Shown: positions 1 through 8,756 of the stretch, in pieces
Numbering within the stretch: the stretch's first letter is position 1
How the letters are laid out: every line of letters begins with the position of its first letter
From: Bacteroidota bacterium
GTDB taxonomy: Bacteria; Bacteroidota; Bacteroidia; Bacteroidales; JAADGE01
Direction: 5' to 3'
Length of the DNA stretch: 54,154 nt
Assembly: GCA_034659855.1 (NCBI GenBank)
Contig: JAYEIA010000298.1
Coordinates: forward strand, 1-54,154
Program-made: the position numbers and the translations under genes
The notes under the pieces: model-generated
What the model was told of the DNA's origin: nothing
Seen by the model: only the letters and a program-made list of their open reading frames with translations
Databases searched by the model: none

Positions 1-1
1 T

Positions 2-1516
2 GTTCAAAGTATTCTTCCTGTTTTCAGTAATGACAGTATTGTAGGATTTGTAAGTGCATTTTACCCCTTAGATAAAGTATTAGAAAAGACGGCCGGAATA
101 AGCTCAACTATTTTATTGAAACATAACAATAGGGTATTGGGTGAGTTTCGGAAAGATACCGTTGGTCAATATTTTGCACAAAACATAGAGGGAAAAATTC
201 CGAGTTATATCAATAAAGAGCTAATAGAGGGCGGATTATCCGAGTCTTCTTTTTCAATTGTAGAGAGCTACACAGTGATATCATCTCCCATTACAGCTGA
301 AAATAATGAGACCATAGGTTTAATTGTGAGAGCGTCTGATATTGGTTCAATAAAAAAGGGATTTGAATGGGTATGGATTTTTATATTTCTGATTGAATCC
401 CTATTGGCAATTATCTTTATTTTATTTGCCTATTATTTATTCAAAAGATTGATATCAAAACCAATAAGGAAAATGGTTGAAAGAGCAAAGTATATTGCTA
501 AGGGAGATTTACGACAGCTTTTTACACATAATTCAAAAGATGATTTAGGGACTTTAAGTGCCGGATTAAATATTGCATTTAAATCCATTCGGAACGATAT
601 GGCTACATTAAAATCTTCATCAGAAAACGTCTTTTATGCCGGAGACCAGTTAAATCAAACCTCTCAAAATGTTTCACAGGGATCTTCCGAGCAAGCGGCC
701 TCAGTCGAAGAGGTTTCGGCCTCAATGGAAGAGATGTCTGCAAATATTGAACAAAATAACAATAATGCCGAAATAACTGAAAAGGAGATGTTTTTAGCTT
801 CTGCATCTGTATATGAAGGAGCAAAGTCTGTTAAGAAAACCCTGGATTTAATGAAAACAATAGATGAAAAAATACAGGTCATTGATCAGATTGCTAAGCA
901 GACCAATATTCTGGCTCTAAATGCCTCCGTTGAAGCAGCCAACGCCGGAGAGGCCGGAGAAGGATTTTCTGTTATTGCCAAAGAAATTAGAGAATTAGCA
1001 GAAAAGAGTCAAAAGGCAGCCGTTAATATTCGGGAAGCCACAGAAGTCGGGGTCAATATTTCTGAGAAATCCAATGTTGAACTGACAGGCATTGTGAAGC
1101 AAATGGAACAAGCCGTAGAAATGATAAAACAAATCACCACTTCGGGTAAAGAGCAGAAACACGGAGTAGATCAAGTTAACGGAGGAGTTGAGCAGCTTAA
1201 CAGAGTAACTCAACAAAATGCAGCCGTAGCCGAAGAAATGGCAACCAATGCCGAGGAGCTGGTAAGCCAGTCAGAAATGTTGAAGAATATCGTCGGTGCT
1301 TACTTAATCTCAGACGATGAAAGCAATATAGTTGACGCTGATTTACAATTGGACGATTATAAGGAGAATAATTTTGATACTGACATAGAGGAGAACTCCG
1401 AGGACAGTACTGAGGATGATGAGGATAATAAAACGGTAGATAATATTGGTACCGGCTATAAATATAATTTAGACGAAGGCAATAATGTCTCTGATGATGA
1501 TTTTGAAAGATTTTAA
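2..1516 (+). CDS. Methyl-accepting chemotaxis protein (5'-truncated by window edge)
   Basis: Frame is open from base 2, so the track start at 116 is not the true start. TM helix, HAMP ([17 protein letters not shown]...DDLGTL), hairpin tip [14 protein letters not shown], acidic tail ending DFERF. Confidence 0.95.
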   Translation, partial: VQSILPVFSNDSIVGFVSAFYPLDKVLEKTAGISSTILLKHNNRVLGEFRKDTVGQYFAQNIEGKIPSYINKELIEGGLSESSFSIVESYTVISSPITAENNETIGLIVRASDIGSIKKGFEWVWIFIFLIESLLAIIFILFAYYLFKRLISKPIRKMVERAKYIAKGDLRQLFTHNSKDDLGTLSAGLNIAFKSIRNDMATLKSSSENVFYAGDQLNQTSQNVSQGSSEQAASVEEVSASMEEMSANIEQNNNNAEITEKEMFLASASVYEGAKSVKKTLDLMKTIDEKIQVIDQIAKQTNILALNASVEAANAGEAGEGFSVIAKEIRELAEKSQKAAVNIREATEVGVNISEKSNVELTGIVKQMEQAVEMIKQITTSGKEQKHGVDQVNGGVEQLNRVTQQNAAVAEEMATNAEELVSQSEMLKNIVGAYLISDDESNIVDADLQLDDYKENNFDTDIEENSEDSTEDDEDNKTVDNIGTGYKYNLDEGNNVSDDDFERF

Positions 1517-1518
1517 TT

Positions 1519-2391
1519 TTGAATACAGAAAATAGGAAAAAATCGGTAAATTTGAATAAGATTTTTGATGCAAAGCTTTCTGACAAAGTTTTTACAAGAC
1601 TTCAGAAATATATTCAGGGAAACTACGGAATAAAAATGCCTCCGGAGAAGCGAATCATGCTCCAAAGTCGCTTACAAAAGCGATTAAGAGCTCTTGATAT
1701 TAGCAGCTATGAGGAATATATAGACTTTGCATTTAACAGAGACCCCACGATTGAACTGGTACATATGATGGATGTTGTCTCAACCAATAAAACTGATTTT
1801 TTTAGAGAACCGGCACATTTTGAATTCCTGGAAAAAAAATATTTACCGGCGTTTTATGCCAATAGCGGACGTCAATTAAGTCTATGGAGTGCCGGTTGTT
1901 CAAGCGGGGAAGAAATTTATACATTAGCAATGGTTTTTGAGCAGTTTGCTGCACAAAACTCCGGTTTGGATTATAAAATATTAGGAACGGATATTTCGAC
2001 AATAGTTTTAAAGAAGGCTAAGCAAGCTATATATCCCGAAGCACTCGTAGAAGTTGTTCCCCTCGAGTTGAAAAGGAAATATATGCTGAGAAGTAAAGAC
2101 AAAAAAGATCGGAAAATAAGAATGATTCCGAGAATTAGAAATAAAACTCGTTTTGAACGACTAAATTTTATGGATGCTTCCTATAATATTCATGAAACTT
2201 TTGATGTGATATTTTGTCGAAATGTTCTCATCTATTTTAATCGAGAGACACAAGAAAAAGTAATCAATAAACTTTGTGAACATTTAAAGCCGGGAGGGTT
2301 CTTTTTCTTTGGACACTCAGAGTCAATTACCGGGCTAAGGGTTCCATTAAAATATATTCAACAAACGGTTTTTCAGAAAACAGCGGAATAG
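1519..2391 (+). CDS. cheR: Chemotaxis protein-glutamate methyltransferase CheR
   Basis: TNKTDFFRE, WSAGCSSGEE, GTDIS and FDVIFCRNVLIYF motifs; 2 nt after the MCP stop. Confidence 0.95.
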   Translation: MNTENRKKSVNLNKIFDAKLSDKVFTRLQKYIQGNYGIKMPPEKRIMLQSRLQKRLRALDISSYEEYIDFAFNRDPTIELVHMMDVVSTNKTDFFREPAHFEFLEKKYLPAFYANSGRQLSLWSAGCSSGEEIYTLAMVFEQFAAQNSGLDYKILGTDISTIVLKKAKQAIYPEALVEVVPLELKRKYMLRSKDKKDRKIRMIPRIRNKTRFERLNFMDASYNIHETFDVIFCRNVLIYFNRETQEKVINKLCEHLKPGGFFFFGHSESITGLRVPLKYIQQTVFQKTAE

Positions 2392-2435
2392 CCGATAACA
2401 TAGAATTGTGATTTTATTTATTAAATATTTAAAGA

Positions 2436-3344
2436 ATGAGCGAGAAGAAGAAAATTACAGATAAGCTATTACTCGAGGAGTTAAGGAAACGATTTGAGGA
2501 AAAAGAGGCAGCTATTAACGGTCTTCAGGAAATGACTGATGAACTGAAAGGGGTTAACTCTAAACTCCAAGCTTCTGAACAATTGAAGAGTAACTTTATC
2601 GCAAATATTAATAATGAGATTGTAAATCCTTTTGCTTCAGTTTTAGGGTTGTCTCGAAATATTCTCGATGTTAAAGAGAACGATTGGGATAAAGTTAAAT
2701 ATATGGCAAAATTAATTTTTGTTGAAGCTCATAACTTGGACTTTCAATTAAAAAATATTTTTGCTGCGGCCCAAATTGAGGCCGGTCAAGTTTACCCGCA
2801 ACTTTCACTTGTAGATGTATCCTCTTTAATACAAGGAGTCCTCGAAGATTTTGAAAACGATTTGGCTTCAAAACGGTTAAACCCTGTTTTTATTTCTAAG
2901 GCCGAAGAAAGTGGTAAAAGTATAAGATTTAAGTTGGACCCTGAAAAATTAAAACTGATTTTTTCCAATTTAATAAGTAATGCCATAAAATTCAGTAAGG
3001 GAGCTGACATTAAGATTGTTGTAAAAAAAGTTAATAAATCTTTAGTGGTTTCTGTTACTGATTACGGAATTGGGATTTCAGATAAGAATAAAGAAATTAT
3101 ATTTGACCGATTTACTCGCTTGGATACCGGTATAAATTCAGTAAATCGAGGGCACGGTTTGGGCTTGTCCGTAGTAAAAGCTTATATAGACTTGTTCGAC
3201 GGAGATATTAATATTGAAAGTAAAATGGGAGCAGGTTCAACATTTACAGTTACTTTGCCCGAACCCAAATCTAATGAAGAAATTGAAGGGTTTTCGGCAG
3301 AGGGGAACGAAGTGTTTTTTGGTGATGATGACGGCATATTTTAA
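2436..3344 (+). CDS. Sensorless HisKA/HATPase kinase-like protein with Asn at the phospho-His position
   Basis: Coiled coil, H-box-like FIANINNEIVNPF, N box NLISNAIKF, G1 DYGIGI, F box IFDRF, G2 GHGLGL. Confidence 0.85.
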   Translation: MSEKKKITDKLLLEELRKRFEEKEAAINGLQEMTDELKGVNSKLQASEQLKSNFIANINNEIVNPFASVLGLSRNILDVKENDWDKVKYMAKLIFVEAHNLDFQLKNIFAAAQIEAGQVYPQLSLVDVSSLIQGVLEDFENDLASKRLNPVFISKAEESGKSIRFKLDPEKLKLIFSNLISNAIKFSKGADIKIVVKKVNKSLVVSVTDYGIGISDKNKEIIFDRFTRLDTGINSVNRGHGLGLSVVKAYIDLFDGDINIESKMGAGSTFTVTLPEPKSNEEIEGFSAEGNEVFFGDDDGIF

Positions 3345-3355
3345 AATAGGAATTT

Positions 3356-3838
3356 ATGAGTAGCGAAATACAAAAGCTGTTTCTATATCCGGCGGCATTA
3401 TATGCAGGAAAAGAGCCCACAAATGTTATCACAATATTGGGCTCCTGTGTGGCTGTATGCCTATGGGATCCGGTAGAAAAAAGAGGAGGAATAAACCATT
3501 TCATGTTGCCGCTTTGGAACGGACAAGGACTGGCTTCTCCGAGATACGGAAATATTGCCGTAAAACGACTCATTGAAGAAATGGAGGTCTTAGGTTCAAA
3601 TCGAGCCAATTTGCAAGCCAAAGTTTTTGGAGGAGCAGAGGTGATCGAAATGAAATATTCAAATTTTAAGATAGGGCAAAGAAACATTGATCTGGCATTT
3701 AAACAGTTAAAACAGGAAAATGTAGAAATTAAAGCAAAAAGTACAGGCGGTAAACAAGGTAGGAAAATTCTCTTCCATACAGGCACAGGTGAAGTAAGAA
3801 TGAAATTCATTAAGAATACCGGTTTTGACAAAAAATAA
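3356..3838 (+). CDS. cheD: Chemoreceptor glutamine deamidase CheD
   Basis: TILGSCVAVCLWD, GGINHFMLP, AKVFGGA and IGQRN motifs. Confidence 0.95.
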   Translation: MSSEIQKLFLYPAALYAGKEPTNVITILGSCVAVCLWDPVEKRGGINHFMLPLWNGQGLASPRYGNIAVKRLIEEMEVLGSNRANLQAKVFGGAEVIEMKYSNFKIGQRNIDLAFKQLKQENVEIKAKSTGGKQGRKILFHTGTGEVRMKFIKNTGFDKK

Positions 3839-3856
3839 CCCAAATAAGAACGACTT

Positions 3857-4942
3857 ATGACAGACATGAGAAAAGTAATAAATGTTCTGATTGTAGACGA
3901 CTCTCCAATTGTAAGGGACGTGATGAAGGAAATTCTTAACAGCGATCCTCAAATAAATGTAATGGCTTCAGTCGCTGATCCGTACCAGGCAGTAAAAGTC
4001 ATCAGAAAGACTGTTCCCGATGTCATTACTTTAGATATTGAAATGCCGAGGATGGATGGTCTCACCTTTTTAAAGAAAATAATGACTCAGCGGCCTATTC
4101 CTGTCGTGGTGATATCCGGTTTGACAAAGAAAGGGGCAGATACAACCGTAAAAGCATTGGAGTATGGTGCTGTAGAAGTAATTCAAAAGCCCAAAATAAA
4201 TACAGAACAAGCTATTGAAGAGGCAAGAATTATTATTACCGATAAAGTAAAAGCAGCATCTGTAACAAAACTGAAGAAAAAATTTAAACCGCTAATAGTC
4301 AGACCAAAATTATCAGCTGATGTGATTCTAAGAAAGAAAGCACCAAGCAAAGCTTCTGCTATAAGAGAGAAAATATTGGCCATTGGAGCATCTACCGGCG
4401 GAACCGAAGCCATTAAATCCATAATTCAAAAGCTCCCGGATACTACTCCGGGAACATTAATTGTTCAGCATATGCCTCCAAAATTTACGACCAGCTTTGC
4501 AGAGCGACTGAATCATTATTCCGATATGCATGTCAGGGAAGCCCGAGACGGTGATTTTCCGGAAAAAGGTACAGCCCTTGTTGCCCCCGGCGGATTCCAT
4601 ATGTATGTTGTAGGGACAGGCACCGGCTACCGAGTGAAAGTGGTTAGAGGAGATCTGGTCAACAGGCATCGGCCCGCAGTAGATGTTTTGTTTCGTTCTG
4701 TAGCTCAAGAGGGCGGCCGCAATTCAATAGGAGTACTCCTCACCGGGATGGGAGATGACGGAGCCCGAGGGCTGGCCGAGATAAAAGCAGCCGGCGGATA
4801 TACAATAGCTCAAGATGAAGAGACATCTGTCGTTTACGGTATGCCGAAAGAAGGTGCCAAACACGACAAAACAGTAGATATTTTGGCATTACCTGAAATC
4901 AGTAAAAAAATTATTCAAAAATTTAATTTGAAGATGTATTAA
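3857..4942 (+). CDS. cheB: Chemotaxis response regulator methylesterase CheB
   Basis: N-terminal receiver (VDDS, LDIEMP) plus methylesterase motifs GASTGG, VQHMP, LTGMGDDG. Confidence 0.96.
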   Translation: MTDMRKVINVLIVDDSPIVRDVMKEILNSDPQINVMASVADPYQAVKVIRKTVPDVITLDIEMPRMDGLTFLKKIMTQRPIPVVVISGLTKKGADTTVKALEYGAVEVIQKPKINTEQAIEEARIIITDKVKAASVTKLKKKFKPLIVRPKLSADVILRKKAPSKASAIREKILAIGASTGGTEAIKSIIQKLPDTTPGTLIVQHMPPKFTTSFAERLNHYSDMHVREARDGDFPEKGTALVAPGGFHMYVVGTGTGYRVKVVRGDLVNRHRPAVDVLFRSVAQEGGRNSIGVLLTGMGDDGARGLAEIKAAGGYTIAQDEETSVVYGMPKEGAKHDKTVDILALPEISKKIIQKFNLKMY

Positions 4943-4960
4943 CCAATTGCTGAGTTTAGT

Positions 4961-5103
4961 CAACACTTCGTTAAATTACGAATTATTAATTACGAATTAC
5001 GAATTACGAACTAAGCACGTAATAATCAACACTTTAACTCGTTTATGTCTTGCTTTGTAAAGTACTGAATATCAGGCAATTATAAAAACTTAACGAACTA
5101 TTG
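4961..5103. mobile_element. MITE-like element (143 bp) with AATTACG heptamer repeats
   Basis: Imperfect terminal inverted repeats CAACACTTCGTTAA / TTAACGAACTATTG, flanked by direct repeat TTTAGT (4955-4960 and 5104-5109). Confidence 0.7.
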
Positions 5104-5206
5104 TTTAGTATAAAAAGTATAAAGGTTTATAGTTAAAAGTGCTGTTTGTCTAATATTCAAATAGTTATTAAAACATACTAATTTTATCTAACGCCTTAAC
5201 TATCAA
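5104..5206. repeat. AAAGT-rich dispersed repeat (family C) copy; left end at 4951 interrupted by the element above
   Basis: Shares AAAGTG...TTTGTCTAATATTCA.ATAGTTATT with ~12255-12298, and TGAGTTTAGT.TAAAAAGT with 29270. Confidence 0.6.
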
Positions 5207-5269
5207 TGTATTGTATCATTATATCATTAAATAATTGTATCATTAAATAATTAAACCATTTAAAGTATA
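5203..5269. repeat. Partial copy of MITE family B (right end)
   Basis: GTATTGTATCATTATATCATTAAATAATT...AAACCATTTAAAGTATA matches the right end of 29670-29774. Confidence 0.75.
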
Positions 5270-5282
5270 ACATTACAAGTTT

Positions 5283-5657
5283 ATGGACAACCCAAGAATA
5301 ATTTTAGCCGATGATGTTTTTTCTAACAGACTTCTTCTGCAGAACGTTCTGGAAGAATTGGGCTATGAATGCAAAATGGTAGAAAACGGAAAAAAGTTGG
5401 TTGACGAATTTCTTGCTAATCCCTATGAGATAATATTTACTGATATAGAAATGCCGGTTATGAACGGTTTTGAGGTCGTCCGATATATTAGAAATTTGAA
5501 CGATGAAGTATTGCGAAAAACACCGGTTATAGCCCTAACTGCTCATAATTTAAAAGAGTTTTCAAGTAAATTACAAAGCGCAACATTTGATGATATACTA
5601 AGCAAGCCGTATTCGACCAATAAATTTAAAGACATTATTGCAAAGTATTTGCACTAA
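5283..5657 (+). CDS. Single-domain response regulator (receiver)
   Basis: ILADD, TDIEMPVMNG, ALTA and SKP receiver motifs. Confidence 0.9.
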   Translation: MDNPRIILADDVFSNRLLLQNVLEELGYECKMVENGKKLVDEFLANPYEIIFTDIEMPVMNGFEVVRYIRNLNDEVLRKTPVIALTAHNLKEFSSKLQSATFDDILSKPYSTNKFKDIIAKYLH

Positions 5658-5687
5658 TAAGGAAAAGTCTGTTGAGCATTTTTTAAC

Positions 5688-5946
5688 CTGAATAATTAGC
5701 TGCACTGAGGTATAAGCAAGTTCATGAAAATAATAAAATAGGTATAAATTACTTATTTTCGGAGAAATATATTTCTTTTATTACAATTATATTTTGTTAT
5801 TTTTCACTAAAGTGCATTTTTTAGATTCGTCTACTTTTTGTCTAAACCTTTGAAATATAAGACTATATCGGCAGGCTTAGTTAGTCGTATACGAATCTGA
5901 AAAAACACATGAACGTGCTTGCACCTCAGCGTAGCTAATTATTCAG
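5688..5946. mobile_element. MITE-like element (259 bp) with 39-bp terminal inverted repeats
   Basis: Left end CTGAATAATTAGCTGCACTGAGGTATAAGCAAGTTCATG matches the reverse complement of the right end at 34/39; AT-rich interior with no track ORF. Confidence 0.8.
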
Positions 5947-6072
5947 ATACGCATATTATTATGTGTTAACGATTTTCAGGAGGTTATAATTTTGATAAAA
6001 ATGTATTGTATACTTGTAAAGATAATTTTTTTATTAATTTAGCTATCTAATTATTATTTATTAAACTGTAAA

Positions 6073-8373
6073 GTGAAAGAATCCGATAATAATAAAGTGT
6101 TTAAATTTATACTGTATGGTATTGCTGTTGGTGCCATCCTTTCATTAATATACATTGTCTTAGAATTAAGCATCAGCAACCTGCCTTTCAGTTTCTCCTC
6201 TTATTTAAAACTCAGAGCCGGAAATATTAATGCCTATTTTATAGATATACTCCCAATACCTGTTTTTATTTTAATAGCGTATATCGTAGGAGTAAATTTT
6301 CTTGGTATTGAAAAAAAACGGGTTCGTAGTCAAGCAGAAAGTGAAAGCAGAGCTCAAGTTGTTTTGGAATCTGTAGAATATATACGTGAAGGGAAAACCG
6401 AACTTACCGGCAAATTTTCTGAGGAAGATGTAGGAATTAAAGTGGCGCTGCAAGATTTGCAGGCCGAACTTCAGGAGCGAACCGATAAAGAGAGGAAGAG
6501 ACAAGAAGAAGATGACAGAAGAAACTGGATATCTGAGGGACTGGCAAATTTTGGAGCCATTCTTCGAGAAAATTCAGACAATATTGAGAAGCTGTCTGAT
6601 AGTATTTGTTCTGAAATGGTAAAGTATATCGGAGCTGTGCAAGCCGGTTTTTTTGTGGTTCGGGATGAGGATACTTCAGTCAAAGAACCGGTTATCGAGC
6701 ATATTGCATCATTTGCATACGGGCGTAAAAAGTTTACCGACAAAAAAATTATGTGGGGCGAAGGTCTCATTGGAGCTTGCATTATTGAAAAAGAATCGAT
6801 TCATTTAGATAAAGTTACTGAGTCGTACATGGAGGTAACCTCCGGCTTGGGAAAAGCAAATCCTGAATCAATATTAATCGTTCCGTTCAAAACTGAAGAA
6901 CAGAATGTACTCGGAGCCATTGAATTGGCCTCCTTTGAGAACTATCCCGAACATGTCATTGATTTTGTAGAGCAGGTGGCAGAAAGTATTGCAACAACAA
7001 TAACTACGCTTAAAGTTAATATGCGTACCACGGGCTTACTTGATGAATCAAGAGAACAAGCCAAAGAATTGTCAAAGCAAGATGAACGTATGCGCAAGAC
7101 AGTTGATGAAATGAAAGACCTGCAAAAGGAAGCAGCTCTTCAAAGTGAAGAGTTCATCAGCTTTACAAACTCTGTAAATCATACAATGATTCGTGCCGAA
7201 TACGGTATTAGCGGCAAATTATTGTATGCAAATACCAAGTTTTTGGATATCTTAGGATATGATTCGAATTCAGAAGTTGAAGGAAAACATATTAAGGAAT
7301 TCATTCATGAAAAAGACCGTGGTTGGTTTGAAAAAATTTGGGAGCGACTTATCTCCGGAGGAAAGCATTTTGAGGGGGATATGAAGCATCTTACAAAAGA
7401 TGAAGCTGAAGTTTGGACTATTTCAACCTATGTAAGTGTCAGAGACCGGAATGGAGAAGCCGAAAAAATTCTGTTTTTGGGTATAGATACGACTGAACAA
7501 AAGCAACAAAGCTTAAATTATGAGGGTCAAATTAATGCGTTAAATCAGTCATCCCTTAAAGTTGAGCTGTTGCCAATAGGGAAAATCCTCAGAGTGAATG
7601 AGAGATTTACAAGCTTTTTATTATCGGTTCCTGATGAGATCGTTGGACAGCGATTGGTTGATTTTCTTCACGAATCCGATAAAGAAGATTTTACAGAAAT
7701 TTGGTCAACGGTAATTGAGGGAAAACCCATGGAAAGTACGCTCACATTTGTTGATGATGATTACAACAAAGTATGGGCTTACGGAACGTTTTCCATTGTC
7801 AGAGATATGTATGATAATATTTCTACGGTCATATTTATCGGAAGTGATATAACCGAGCAACATAAAATTGAAATAAAATCAAGAGAGCAAACAAGGCAGC
7901 TTAAAGAACAAGAACAAAAACTACAGGATGCAAAAGTTGATTTGAGCAAAAAACTCAAACAATCCAGAGATGAAATGAAGCAGCAGTTTAGAGAGATTGA
8001 AACCGTTAAGTTGTTGAATGAGAAAACACTTGAAGGAATGCTTGATGCCATTGTAACCATAAATCAAGATAATCAACTTGAATTCTTTAATAAAGCCGCT
8101 GAAGAGTTATGGGGTGTAGGCAAGGATGTCGTTCTGGATAATGAGGTGAATGTGTTATTCTCAGAAGACGATGATGACTTTGAAGGGGAACATCTCAAAA
8201 AATATTTTAATGTAGATTTGAAAAATATTTTACTGAATACCAGAAAGGAGGTTTATATTATTAACGCTCAAGGAGAACAAGTTTTTATTCTGATGACACT
8301 CTCCGAAGCCGGAATTGGCTTACGATACAGACTAACTGCCTTTATTCAAAGAATTGAAGTTGAATTGTTCTGA
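6073..8373 (+). CDS. Membrane-anchored GAF + multi-PAS sensor protein with no recognisable output domain
   Basis: Two N-terminal TM segments, coiled coil, GAF (GEGLIGAC...SILIVP...GAIELAS), three PAS-like repeats (YANTKF, VNERF, FNKAAEELWG). Confidence 0.8.
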   Translation: MKESDNNKVFKFILYGIAVGAILSLIYIVLELSISNLPFSFSSYLKLRAGNINAYFIDILPIPVFILIAYIVGVNFLGIEKKRVRSQAESESRAQVVLESVEYIREGKTELTGKFSEEDVGIKVALQDLQAELQERTDKERKRQEEDDRRNWISEGLANFGAILRENSDNIEKLSDSICSEMVKYIGAVQAGFFVVRDEDTSVKEPVIEHIASFAYGRKKFTDKKIMWGEGLIGACIIEKESIHLDKVTESYMEVTSGLGKANPESILIVPFKTEEQNVLGAIELASFENYPEHVIDFVEQVAESIATTITTLKVNMRTTGLLDESREQAKELSKQDERMRKTVDEMKDLQKEAALQSEEFISFTNSVNHTMIRAEYGISGKLLYANTKFLDILGYDSNSEVEGKHIKEFIHEKDRGWFEKIWERLISGGKHFEGDMKHLTKDEAEVWTISTYVSVRDRNGEAEKILFLGIDTTEQKQQSLNYEGQINALNQSSLKVELLPIGKILRVNERFTSFLLSVPDEIVGQRLVDFLHESDKEDFTEIWSTVIEGKPMESTLTFVDDDYNKVWAYGTFSIVRDMYDNISTVIFIGSDITEQHKIEIKSREQTRQLKEQEQKLQDAKVDLSKKLKQSRDEMKQQFREIETVKLLNEKTLEGMLDAIVTINQDNQLEFFNKAAEELWGVGKDVVLDNEVNVLFSEDDDDFEGEHLKKYFNVDLKNILLNTRKEVYIINAQGEQVFILMTLSEAGIGLRYRLTAFIQRIEVELF

Positions 8374-8519
8374 TAACCGCCTCATCATTGCCCATAATAG
8401 TCCTTGCTATTTAAGCATTTTTTAAATTTTTTTGCGAATGAGCAAAAACCGAACAAAAAAAAACAAGCATAACCGGGCATGTTTCATATAACTTTACACT
8501 TTTAAAACCTTATTTTTCT

Positions 8520-8595
8520 CCGCCTGTGCGAGCTTGCAGCTTGTACCTCACTATTCTTGTCGATATTAGTACGAGCTACAAGTTCGCACCGGCGG
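8520..8595. repeat. GC-rich imperfect inverted repeat (REP-like)
   Basis: CCGCCTGTGCGAGCTTGCAGCTTGTAC pairs imperfectly with GTACGAGCTACAAGTTCGCACCGGCGG around an AT-rich spacer. Confidence 0.7.
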
Positions 8596-8622
8596 GGTAT
8601 TGCTATTCGCAAATTTTGTAAA

Positions 8623-8650
8623 GTAGAGCCACGCCGCGGCGTGGCTCTAC
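8623..8650. repeat. GTAG-type REP palindrome
   Basis: Perfect 28-bp palindrome GTAGAGCCACGCCGCGGCGTGGCTCTAC. Confidence 0.75.
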
Positions 8651-8700
8651 TATCATAATTTATTTCGTATCCTTTGCCTAAGCGAGTACAAAATATACAC

Positions 8701-8728
8701 GGAAACGTTTTTAGTTAAATTTGTTTCC
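8701..8728. promoter_or_regulatory. Candidate TetR operator GGAAAC-N16-GTTTCC
   Basis: Inverted repeat just upstream of the tetR -7 box. Confidence 0.45.
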
Positions 8729-8743
8729 AAGCAATAAATGTTT

Positions 8744-8751
8744 TATGTTTG
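8744..8751 (+). promoter_or_regulatory. Bacteroidota primary-sigma -7 box for tetR/efflux operon
   Basis: TATGTTTG matches TAnnTTTG, 5 nt before ATG at 8757. Confidence 0.65.
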
Positions 8752-8756
8752 CCCCC

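Noticed and set aside
116-118. ORF-track start of the MCP
   Set aside because: The frame is open back to base 2; the gene begins before the window.
4974-5010. AATTACG tandem repeats (and AAAGT/ACTTT repeats at 12235-12440) as a CRISPR array
   Set aside because: Units are 7-9 bp with no unique spacers and no cas genes; they lie inside MITE-like elements.
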